A stretch of 32,596 nucleotides of DNA, from contig JASLAX010000204.1 in NCBI GenBank assembly GCA_030146875.1, positions 1-32,596 of the forward strand, read 5' to 3'. This stretch comes from Longimicrobiaceae bacterium (GTDB taxonomy: Bacteria > Gemmatimonadota > Gemmatimonadetes > Longimicrobiales > Longimicrobiaceae). A model generated the notes under the pieces. That model made no database searches, was not told the origin of the DNA, and was given only the letters and a program-made list of their open reading frames with translations. Of this stretch, positions 1 to 7,179 are shown in pieces; within the stretch, counting starts at the first letter, position 1; each line of letters opens with the position of its first letter. The translations under genes and the position numbers were made by a program.

Positions 1-490
1 GCAGGGGGTGCCCCCTCGGCAGCGCACCTTCGCGCTCGACGTCCCTCCCGCGTGGACCCGGATGCGAGGCGAACCTCTCCGCCAGCCGGATCCCGGGCTC
101 GTCACCCTCTGCGATGGGGACATTTTCGATCGCCATTCACACCGGGGTGAGGCGTCACCCGCAGCCGACGCAGCGAGGCACCAGACCAGACCGTCACCCC
201 TCTCGCATCGTGGGGAGGGGCCGGGGGAGGGGGGCATTCGCGGCTCCCGCCCGAACCCGACCGTCGCCTGGGACGGATCCACGGCTCGTGACGGCACGAA
301 GCCCCCTTCCCGGGGGCTCGGCCTGCATCGTCATCCAACTCGTGGGGGAGACGGCCGTGGAGGGTCGGCGCGAGGCAGTCCCGATGGGAAGGCCGCGGCA
401 GGCGCTGTGGTCGGTGCGCGGCGGGAGCGACGGCCGGGCGGGAGACAGGGGCGGCGACTCCGCTACTGGAGGGCGGGCGTCGAGACAGCA

Positions 491-529
491 AAGAAGGGGA
501 GGCACCCTCGGTGGGTGCCTCCCCTTCTT
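491..529. terminator. Perfect 17-bp hairpin 18 nt downstream of the cupredoxin gene
   Basis: AAGAAGGGGAGGCACCC-tcggt-GGGTGCCTCCCCTTCTT. The cupredoxin is on the minus strand with its stop at 547. Confidence 0.5.
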
Positions 530-546
530 GCGTCCGGCGGAAAGGC

Positions 547-1005
547 TTACTGCGTGACGGTGATCTTGCCCTTCATCCCCATGGCGGCGTGGGGATCGCA
601 CACGTAGGTGTAGGTGCCGGGCTCCATCGTGATCGGCACGTCGTAGGTGGCGCCGGCGGTGGTGAGGTACGGACCGGCCGCCGGGAGCGTGGCGCCCGCC
701 GGGTTCTCGCCGGCCGGGAACGACGCATTGTGTGCGGCGACGCCGTCGGTGGTGAAGCGGATGATGTCGCCCTTCTTCACGCTGACCTCGGCGGGCTCGA
801 ACACCCCGGTCGCGCCGCCCTGCGTGGTGACCATCTTCACCTCGACCACCTGGCCCTGACCCGCCGGCGCGGCGGTCTGCTCGGTGGCCGCGGGAGCCTG
901 CGTGCCCTCGGCGGGCGCCTGGTCGCTGCCGGCGTCCTTGCCGCCGCAGGCGGCGGCGAGGAGAACCAGCCCGAGGGCCGGGAGCGTCTTCACGAACGAG
1001 CCCAT
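547..1005 (-). CDS. Type-1 blue copper protein (cupredoxin, plastocyanin/pseudoazurin-like), lipoprotein-type signal
   Basis: 152-aa ORF. N-terminal signal with lipobox-like LAAAC. C-terminal Cu-ligand motif YVCDPHAAMGMKG (Cys-x2-His-x2-Met) typical of plastocyanin-family cupredoxins. RBS AGGAGA sits 5 nt upstream of the ATG on the minus strand. Confidence 0.8.
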   Translation of the reverse strand: MGSFVKTLPALGLVLLAAACGGKDAGSDQAPAEGTQAPAATEQTAAPAGQGQVVEVKMVTTQGGATGVFEPAEVSVKKGDIIRFTTDGVAAHNASFPAGENPAGATLPAAGPYLTTAGATYDVPITMEPGTYTYVCDPHAAMGMKGKITVTQ

Positions 1006-1137
1006 ATCGTCTCCTGTTCTCGTGATCTCTATCTGGTCGCGTCTCGGACCCCTGCCGAGACGGATAATGTAGCTTCCACCCCCACCCCCGGACAGTCGGG
1101 AGAACGAGCGGAGCGTGTAGGGAACCTCCCTACAGCA

Positions 1138-1434
1138 TCAGAGCCCCAGCGCGGCGCGGATGGTGGGCGGGATGCGGTCGGCGGTCCAGGGCGGCTGGAA
1201 GGTGAGCTCCACGTCCACGCTCTCCACTCCCTCCACCTTCTCGACCGCCTCGCGGGCCTGGGTCAGGATCTCTCCCGCCACCGGGCACCCGGGGGAGGTG
1301 AGCGACATGGTGACCTCCACGCGGGCACCGTCGATGCGGATGTCGTAGATGAGGCCCAGGACCACCAGGTCCAGCTTCATCTCGGGGTCCTTCACGGTGC
1401 GCAGGGCCTTCCGTACGGCGGCTTCGGTGACCAT
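1138..1434 (-). CDS. DUF59/MIP18-family Fe-S cluster assembly protein (SufT/PaaD-like)
   Basis: Residues from MVTEAAVRKAL...DPEMKLDLVVLGLIYDI...TSPGCP match DUF59 conserved blocks. I chose the internal Met (residue 25 of the 122-aa ORF, ORF end 1506) as start because the upstream 24 aa are Pro/Arg-rich and unconserved. Confidence 0.65.
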   Translation of the reverse strand: MVTEAAVRKALRTVKDPEMKLDLVVLGLIYDIRIDGARVEVTMSLTSPGCPVAGEILTQAREAVEKVEGVESVDVELTFQPPWTADRIPPTIRAALGL

Positions 1435-1515
1435 CTGGGGATTCCGGGGTTCGGGTACGGGGCACGGTCGCCCGCGCAGCATACCCGCGGGGCCTGCGGG
1501 CGTCAAGCCGTCGGC

Positions 1516-1543
1516 TTGCCGCCCGCGGGGGCCGCGCTATCTT
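1516..1543 (+). promoter_or_regulatory. Candidate sigma70-like promoter for pfkA (-35 TTGCCG, 16-nt spacer, -10 TATCTT)
   Basis: Hexamers read directly from the sequence about 70 nt upstream of the pfkA ATG. This is the only AT-containing patch in the divergent intergenic region. Confidence 0.25.
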
Positions 1544-1612
1544 TTCGGCGGCGGTGCCCGGGGGAGCCCCCGGGACCAGCGCGCACGCCGGCAACCACTC
1601 GGGGGCGGGGAC

Positions 1613-2722
1613 ATGGAGAACGCAGGGACGCAGAGGCCCATCCGGCGCATCGCCATCAACACGGGAGGCGGCGACGCCCCCGGCCTGAACGCGGTGATCC
1701 GCGCCGCCACCCTGGCCGCGCTGCAGGAGGGGTGGGAGGTCCTGGGGATCCGCCGCGGCTACATGGGCCTCCTGGAGGGCGAGGTGGACGGCGAGGCCGG
1801 CGTCTTTCCCCTGACGGCGAACTCCGTCCGCGGCATCCACCACCTGGGCGGGACCATCCTGGGCACCACCACCCGCGGGAACCCCTTCGGCCTGGAGGTG
1901 CGGCAGCCGGACGGCACCTGGGGGACCGTGGACCGCTCGGACGAGATCGTGGAACGCTTCCGCGAGATGGAGATCGACGCGCTGATCGCCATCGGCGGCG
2001 ACGGGTCGCTGAACATCGCGCACGCCCTCTACGGGAAGGGGCTGCCGGTGATCGGCGTGCCCAAGACGATCGACAACGACCTGCGCGCCACCGAGGTCAC
2101 CTTCGGCTTCCAGACGGCGGTGGAGGTGGCCACCGACGCCATCGGCCGGCTGCACTCCACGGCCGAGGCCCACCAGCGGGTGATGGTGGTGCAGCTCATG
2201 GGGCGGCACACCGGCTGGATCGCGCTGGAGTCGGGGCTGGCCGGCGGCGGGGACGTGATCCTGATCCCCGAGATCCCGTACTCCATCGACCGCATCGTGG
2301 AGAAGGTGCGCGAGCGCGACGCCTCCGGCCGCCGCTTCAGCATCGTGGTGGCCGCGGAGGGGGCGTACCCCGCGGGAGGCGAGCCCAGCTTCCTGGACCG
2401 CTCCGGGCGCTACGGAGGGATCGCGGACCGGCTGGCGGCCGAGATCGAGGCGGCGAGCGGCAAGGAGACGCGCACCCTGGTGCTGGGGCACATCCAGCGC
2501 GGCGGCTCCCCCATCGCCTACGACCGCAACATCGCGCTGCGCTTCGGCGCGGCGGCGGTGCGATGCATCCGCGACCGGAACCTGGGGACGATGGTGGCGC
2601 TGCAGGGCGCCGCCGTGCGCGCGGTGCCGCTGCGCGACGCCGTGGGGGAGATCAAGCGCGTCTCGCCCGACAACGACCTGGTGGTCGCCGCCCGCCAGCT
2701 CGGGGTGTCGTTCGGCGACTGA
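1613..2722 (+). CDS. pfkA: 6-phosphofructokinase (PfkA family, probably ATP-dependent)
   Basis: Start MENAGTQRPIRRIAINTGGGDAPGLN; GGDGS and MGR motifs; catalytic TIDND. Gly in GGDGS suggests ATP- rather than PPi-dependence. ATG at 1613 is preceded by a GGGG-rich RBS; the upstream in-frame ORF part is low-complexity. Confidence 0.85.
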   Translation: MENAGTQRPIRRIAINTGGGDAPGLNAVIRAATLAALQEGWEVLGIRRGYMGLLEGEVDGEAGVFPLTANSVRGIHHLGGTILGTTTRGNPFGLEVRQPDGTWGTVDRSDEIVERFREMEIDALIAIGGDGSLNIAHALYGKGLPVIGVPKTIDNDLRATEVTFGFQTAVEVATDAIGRLHSTAEAHQRVMVVQLMGRHTGWIALESGLAGGGDVILIPEIPYSIDRIVEKVRERDASGRRFSIVVAAEGAYPAGGEPSFLDRSGRYGGIADRLAAEIEAASGKETRTLVLGHIQRGGSPIAYDRNIALRFGAAAVRCIRDRNLGTMVALQGAAVRAVPLRDAVGEIKRVSPDNDLVVAARQLGVSFGD

Positions 2723-2731
2723 GCCGCCGTT

Positions 2732-2759
2732 GCGGATCGCACGCCATCCCGCGATCCGC
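2732..2759 (+). terminator. Hairpin downstream of pfkA (9-bp stem GCGGATCGC/GCGATCCGC, 10-nt loop)
   Basis: Inverted repeat begins 10 nt after the pfkA TGA. No U-tract follows, as is common in high-GC genomes. Confidence 0.3.
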
Positions 2760-2931
2760 ACGGCCGCCCCCTCGGGACACTTTCGGGGAAACCCGCATGG
2801 CGTCTCGCGGGTGGCCCCCGGGGAGCGCCGGAACGCACTATGCAGGGATGGGCCGCGGCGCGGCGCCGCACCGAAGGTCCCTTCGCGCCCCCGGCCCGCG
2901 TGGCCGTCCGTTCCCTCCCCTCCCCCCGCCG

Positions 2932-4287
2932 ATGTCGACCACGTCCGACCGTGCCTCGGACCTCTCCGGCGTAGCCGATCCCGCGGGCGACACCCTCGCC
3001 CGGGTGGCGCTCGCCTTCGCGTCCGTGCCCCTGCAGGGGAGCGCGGACGAGATCGCGGGCGCCTGCCTGCAGGCGGTGCGCTCCGTGGCGGGCGCGCGCG
3101 CCTGGATCACCGTGCCCACCCGCCCGGTGCCGCTGGCCCTGGGCGACGACCCCGAGGGGCTGAGCCCCCTGTGGCGCTTTCCCGCGCCCGGCGGCGAGGG
3201 CGAGGCGTGGGCGGCGGACGACCCCGAGGGGCTCCCGGCCGAGGTGCGCGAGGCGGTGGCGGCGCAGATGACGCGCATCTGGACGGTGCAGGAGCAGCGC
3301 GCCGCCCAGTCGCTGGAGCTGGACCAGCTCCGCTTCCACCTGGGAGCGCTGCAGCAGGTGGCGCGCACCCTGGCCGTGGTCCGCGGCGCCGACGAGACCG
3401 AGCGGCTGGTCCTGGACTCCGTGGGCGAGGTCTTCTTCACCTGGTGGGCGGCTCTCTACCACACCGACGGCGACCAGTACACCTGCCGAGCCGTGCGCTC
3501 GCTGCGCGGCGAGTCGGTGGCGTACGCCATCCCCTCGCGCGTGGTGACCGCCATCGCGGCGCCGGGGAACCCGCCCGTCATCCCGCCCCGCGACGCCGAG
3601 ATCCGCGACCACGTGCCCGCCGAGGTGGCGGTGGTGGCGCCGCTCGACTTCGGGGACGGGGGCGCGGGCCTGCTCATCCTGGGGCGGCGGATGACCGACG
3701 CGCCGTACGAGCCGCACGACCTGGCGCTGCTCCGCGCCCTGGCCGACTCGTCGGCCATCGCGCTGCGGAACGCGGAGCTGGTGGACCGGCTGCGGGCGCA
3801 GGCCACCATCGACCCGCTCACCGGCTGCCACAACCGCCGGGGGTTCGACGAGATCCTGGCGGTGGAGTTCAACCGCTCGCGTCGCTACTCGCGGCCGCTC
3901 TCGCTGGTGCTGCTGGACATCGACCACTTCAAGAAGATCAACGACGACTTCGGGCACGAGGTGGGGGACCACGCGCTGCAGCGCATCGGCCGCGCGGTGC
4001 GGCACACCTTCCGCACCACGGACAGCGCCTGCCGCTACGGCGGCGAGGAGTTCGCGCTCGTGTTCCCCGAGACCACCAAGGAGGAGGGGCTCCGCCTGGC
4101 CGAGCGCCTGCGGGCGCTCATCGAGTCGCTGCCCCCCAACGCCGAGGTCCCCCGCTCGCTCACGGCGAGCTTCGGGGTGTCGGCGTTTCCCGAGGACGCG
4201 GCCGAGTCCGCGGAGCTGGTCCGCTCCGCCGACCGCGCCCTGTACCTGGCGAAGTCCCGCGGCCGCAACCGCGTGGAGACGGCCTGA
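2932..4287 (+). CDS. GAF-domain diguanylate cyclase (GGDEF domain, GGEEF active site, RxxD I-site present)
   Basis: C-terminal block DPLTGCHNRRGFDE...LLDIDHFKKINDDFGH...RTTDSACRYGGEEFALVF...ADRALYLAKSRGRNRV is a canonical GGDEF domain. The upstream ~270 aa have a GAF-like sensor pattern. Start is set at ATG 2932, where third-position GC becomes high. An in-frame ATG at 2797 with a better SD is an alternative. Confidence 0.8.
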   Translation: MSTTSDRASDLSGVADPAGDTLARVALAFASVPLQGSADEIAGACLQAVRSVAGARAWITVPTRPVPLALGDDPEGLSPLWRFPAPGGEGEAWAADDPEGLPAEVREAVAAQMTRIWTVQEQRAAQSLELDQLRFHLGALQQVARTLAVVRGADETERLVLDSVGEVFFTWWAALYHTDGDQYTCRAVRSLRGESVAYAIPSRVVTAIAAPGNPPVIPPRDAEIRDHVPAEVAVVAPLDFGDGGAGLLILGRRMTDAPYEPHDLALLRALADSSAIALRNAELVDRLRAQATIDPLTGCHNRRGFDEILAVEFNRSRRYSRPLSLVLLDIDHFKKINDDFGHEVGDHALQRIGRAVRHTFRTTDSACRYGGEEFALVFPETTKEEGLRLAERLRALIESLPPNAEVPRSLTASFGVSAFPEDAAESAELVRSADRALYLAKSRGRNRVETA

Positions 4288-4625
4288 ACCCATTCCGAGA
4301 GGCGACCATCCCAGCCCTGACCGCGAAGCAGCGCGCGCACCTGAAGTCCCTGGCGCACCACCTGAAGCCGGTCCTGTTCGTGGGCAAGGACGGGGTGACC
4401 GAGGCCGCCGTCCGCACCCTGCAGGAGGCGCTGAACACCCGCGAGCTCCTGAAGGTGAAGGTGCTGGAGGCCGCGCCCGTCGACGTGCGCGAGGGCGCCG
4501 CCGACCTGGCCTCGCGCGTGGAGGGCGTGGCCGTGGTGCAGACCATCGGCCGCACGGCGGTCCTCTACCGGCCGCACCCCGAGAAGCCGGAGATCGAGCT
4601 TCCGCCCGCGGCGCCGCCGCAGTGA
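4284..4625 (+). CDS. yhbY: YhbY/CRS1-family RNA-binding protein (CRM domain, ribosome assembly factor)
   Basis: ALTAKQRAHLKSLAHHLKPVLFVGKDGVTEAAV...LLKVKVL...IGRTAVLYRP aligns along its length with E. coli YhbY (MNLSTKQKQHLKGLAHPLKPVV...). No ATG/GTG/TTG is in frame. The frame is open across the cyclase stop codon. Candidate starts are CTG 4284, ATC 4308 and CTG 4317. Confidence 0.6.
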   Translation: MNPFREATIPALTAKQRAHLKSLAHHLKPVLFVGKDGVTEAAVRTLQEALNTRELLKVKVLEAAPVDVREGAADLASRVEGVAVVQTIGRTAVLYRPHPEKPEIELPPAAPPQ

Positions 4626-4647
4626 CGTCCGCGGGGTGACGGGACGG

Positions 4648-4686
4648 GGAAGGGGCCGCCGGCGAGATTCGCCGGCGGCCCCTTCC
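4648..4686. terminator. Perfect 18-bp hairpin between convergent yhbY and L,D-transpeptidase genes (bidirectional terminator candidate)
   Basis: GGAAGGGGCCGCCGGCGA-gat-TCGCCGGCGGCCCCTTCC, perfect inverted repeat, 22 nt after the yhbY stop. Confidence 0.5.
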
Positions 4687-4703
4687 GCATCCCCGGGACG
4701 CGT

Positions 4704-5555
4704 CTAGTAGATGTAGACGTCCGTGCCCACCGGGATGTTCTGGTACATCCACATGATGTCGTGGCGGCGCATCCGCAGGCACCCGTGCGAGGCGGCGGTC
4801 CCCACGCTCCGCTCGTTGTCGGTGCCGTGGAAGTAGTAGCCGTCGTACATCTCCAGCTTGGCCACGCCCAGCACGCCCTTGTGGCGGCGCTGCGGGGAGC
4901 CCCAGGGCGGGATGTAGATGGTCCCGCCGCGGATGGGCTCGCGCCCCTCCGGGAAGCCCGCCAGCGCCCCCGGCGAGGCGTTGCTCATGTCCACCACGCG
5001 CAGGCCGCGGCGGCGCGCCACCTCGATGTAGTGCCAGTTGGGCGGCACCCAGACGGGGTCCAGCTCCTTGGCGGTGATGCGCATGCGCCCGCGGGGCGTC
5101 TGGAAGCGCTTGGTCTTGCCGCCCATCACCAGCGTCTTCCCCGATCCCACCGCCACGGGGGCTCGGTAGATGGTGTCGTTGCCGCGGATGTACCACACGC
5201 TCCGCTCGGCGATGGAGACCACCAGGTAGGGCCGGTCGCGCGGCGTGAGCTCCTTCTGCCTGGCGGCAAGCTCCTGCTCTGCCTTCGACATCTGCTCCAC
5301 CGTCTGGCGCTCCTTGCCCTCCAGGAACTCGATGGTGCGGGTGTCGTGCATGTACGCCATCTCGGCGACCTGGCGCTTGAACCGCTCGTTGACCGCCCAG
5401 GCCGAGGCCGCGGCGAAGAGCCCCGCGGCCAGCAGCACGCACAGGAGCATCCCCGCCACCCCCCGCGGGTGGTCGTGGATCAGCCTGCGCAGCCGTCCCG
5501 GCGGGGTGTGGTTGCGGCGCTCGGGAACGCCGGACCGGGTGATTCGCTCGGACAT
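4704..5555 (-). CDS. L,D-transpeptidase (YkuD domain), membrane-anchored
   Basis: Catalytic motif HGTDNERSVGTAASHGCLRM (His/Cys of YkuD fold). N-terminal cytoplasmic region, one TM helix (MLLCVLLAAGLFAAASAWA) and a coiled-coil stretch. Confidence 0.8.
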   Translation of the reverse strand: MSERITRSGVPERRNHTPPGRLRRLIHDHPRGVAGMLLCVLLAAGLFAAASAWAVNERFKRQVAEMAYMHDTRTIEFLEGKERQTVEQMSKAEQELAARQKELTPRDRPYLVVSIAERSVWYIRGNDTIYRAPVAVGSGKTLVMGGKTKRFQTPRGRMRITAKELDPVWVPPNWHYIEVARRRGLRVVDMSNASPGALAGFPEGREPIRGGTIYIPPWGSPQRRHKGVLGVAKLEMYDGYYFHGTDNERSVGTAASHGCLRMRRHDIMWMYQNIPVGTDVYIY

Positions 5556-5567
5556 GGTCCTGCTCCG

Positions 5568-6326
5568 CTAGAAGATGAACACCGGCGTGTCGACGCGCAC
5601 CGCGTCGTAGATCGCCGCCAGGTCGGCGGCCCGCGCCACGAACGACGCGGGCTTCACCGTGCCCTTGAGCGGGCCCACCTGCGGCTCGGTGTGGATCTCG
5701 GTCCCGTCGTCGAGCCGCAGCACGTAGCGGCCCAGCCCCCCCTGCACCTTCCGCTCTTCCTCCGCCGGCACCGGCTCGCCCCGGCCGACGTAGACCCACT
5801 CGGGGATGGTGTAGACGGGGTTCGCCTGCTTCTCGGCCAGCCGCCGCTCGCCCAGGGCCCGCACCATCCGCCAGGTGCGCCCGTCGGGCGCCTTGACCGT
5901 GGAGTCCGCGCCGATGCGGATGCGCACCTTGCGCATGGTCGCCTTGCCGTGGTTCAGCGACAGGGTTGAGTCCTCGGTGTTGATGGCGATGTGCACGCCC
6001 TTGGTGGAGAGCTGCCGGATGCGCACGTCGCGCTGCAGCAGGGCGACCGCCAGCTCCGACCGCTTGGCGCGCGACTGCAGGATGCGGTCGCGGGCGGCGC
6101 GCTCGGTGGAGTCCAGCCGCGCGTTGATCTCCGCCGCCTCGCTGCGATACCGCGGCACCCGCGAGCCCACCACCGCGGCGCCGCCCACGAAGAGGAGAAG
6201 AAGCGCGAAGGTGCCCCAGAAGAAGACGGGGTGCTCCCTCCGGAACGGAATTCTGGGTGGAGTCTCGGGCATCGCGGGGACGGTCCTCGGTTGGCCTGGA
6301 AGCATCTCTCGGCGGATCTGGTGCAA
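5568..6326 (-). CDS. YkuD-like paralogue of the adjacent L,D-transpeptidase lacking the catalytic Cys (probably non-catalytic)
   Basis: Same architecture (TM helix FFWGTFALLLLFVGGAAVV, coiled-coil, C-terminal beta domain). The tail aligns with the neighbour (IHTEPQ vs FHGTDN) but the SHGC block is replaced by KPASFVA with no Cys. Start may be an internal Met (MLPGQ or MPETPP). Confidence 0.5.
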   Translation of the reverse strand: MHQIRREMLPGQPRTVPAMPETPPRIPFRREHPVFFWGTFALLLLFVGGAAVVGSRVPRYRSEAAEINARLDSTERAARDRILQSRAKRSELAVALLQRDVRIRQLSTKGVHIAINTEDSTLSLNHGKATMRKVRIRIGADSTVKAPDGRTWRMVRALGERRLAEKQANPVYTIPEWVYVGRGEPVPAEEERKVQGGLGRYVLRLDDGTEIHTEPQVGPLKGTVKPASFVARAADLAAIYDAVRVDTPVFIF

Positions 6327-6557
6327 GAGACGTTCCGTCCGGCGCTATCTGTTTGCCCGGACAAGGTTTGCGCCAGGTTCGGCGGGGCGGTGCGTCCTCC
6401 GCCTTCGCCGGCGGATCGGGAACGGGGCGCCACCGCGCGCACGGCGGGAGGGAGGACGTCACCATCGCTGGCGGACGGGCTGCCGTGGCGCGGCGGCCGT
6501 CGCCCCGCCACCTTTCCCGCGTCCCGCCCTCCACCCCCTCCGACTGCGACGACCGCG

Positions 6558-6944
6558 ATGCACCGCGCCCTCTGGACCGCCGGCTCCCTCCTGGCCCTGA
6601 CCGCCGTGGCCGCGGGAGCCTTCGGCGCGCACGGCCTGCGCGCCCGCCTCCCCGAGAACCTGCTGGCGGCGTTCGAGACCGGCGCGCGCTACCAGATGTA
6701 CCACGCTCTCGCGGTCCTCGTGGTCGCCCTGGCCGCCTCCCGCACGGCGGACGGGCTGCTCCCGCTGGCCGGCTGGCTCTTCGTGTCGGGGTGTGTGGTC
6801 TTCTCCGGATCGCTCTACCTGCTCGCCCTCACCGGAACGCGGTGGCTGGGGGCGGTGACGCCGCTGGGCGGCCTCTGCTTCCTGGCGGGGTGGGCGCTGC
6901 TCGCCGTCGTCGGCTGGCGCTCGGCCGGCGCGACGCAGCCGTAG
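6558..6944 (+). CDS. DUF423-family small membrane protein (YgdD/TMEM256-like)
   Basis: 128 aa with four predicted TM helices and GAFGAHG...YQMYHALA motifs typical of DUF423. Start taken at the ATG (MHRALW) inside the long artefactual ORF 5991..6944. Confidence 0.65.
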   Translation: MHRALWTAGSLLALTAVAAGAFGAHGLRARLPENLLAAFETGARYQMYHALAVLVVALAASRTADGLLPLAGWLFVSGCVVFSGSLYLLALTGTRWLGAVTPLGGLCFLAGWALLAVVGWRSAGATQP

Positions 6945-6947
6945 CCG

Positions 6948-6974
6948 GCGGAGGACGAAGGACGCGTCCTCCGC
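6948..6974 (+). terminator. Hairpin immediately after the DUF423 gene (10-bp stem GCGGAGGACG/CGTCCTCCGC)
   Basis: Inverted repeat starting 4 nt after the stop codon. Confidence 0.3.
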
Positions 6975-7179
6975 AGCCCGACGCCGGCCGGCGCTGTCTC
7001 CCCGGGAGGACACGGGATCGTCCGCGCGGGGGCACGAACCGCGCGGAGCGGGCGGGGTATCGGATTCGTAAGTCGTTGGGCCGCAACCGGCCCGCGTGCG
7101 GCCGTGCGGGGACCTCCTCTTGCCCTTCCTCCGGGTGCCCACGCGGTCCGCACGTCCCTCCAAGCAGAGCGTTTCCCCC

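Noticed and set aside
1613-2722. PPi-dependent phosphofructokinase
   Set aside because: The GGDGS motif retains Gly, which is diagnostic for ATP-PFK rather than Asp of PPi-PFK. Called ATP-type, with moderate certainty only.
2797-2931. Longer N-terminus for the diguanylate cyclase starting at ATG 2797
   Set aside because: Third-codon-position GC is low and the peptide is Pro/Arg low-complexity between 2797 and 2931. Kept as an alternative only.
511-4287. 1258-aa ORF in the six-frame track
   Set aside because: High-GC artefact. Only the last 451 codons (GAF-GGDEF) are coding. The upstream part runs antisense to pfkA and through intergenic DNA and translates to Arg/Gly/Pro low-complexity sequence.
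2518-6534. 1338-aa minus-strand ORF
   Set aside because: No recognisable family. Arg/Gly/Ala-rich. It overlaps real genes on both strands and is in a different frame from the two L,D-transpeptidase genes.
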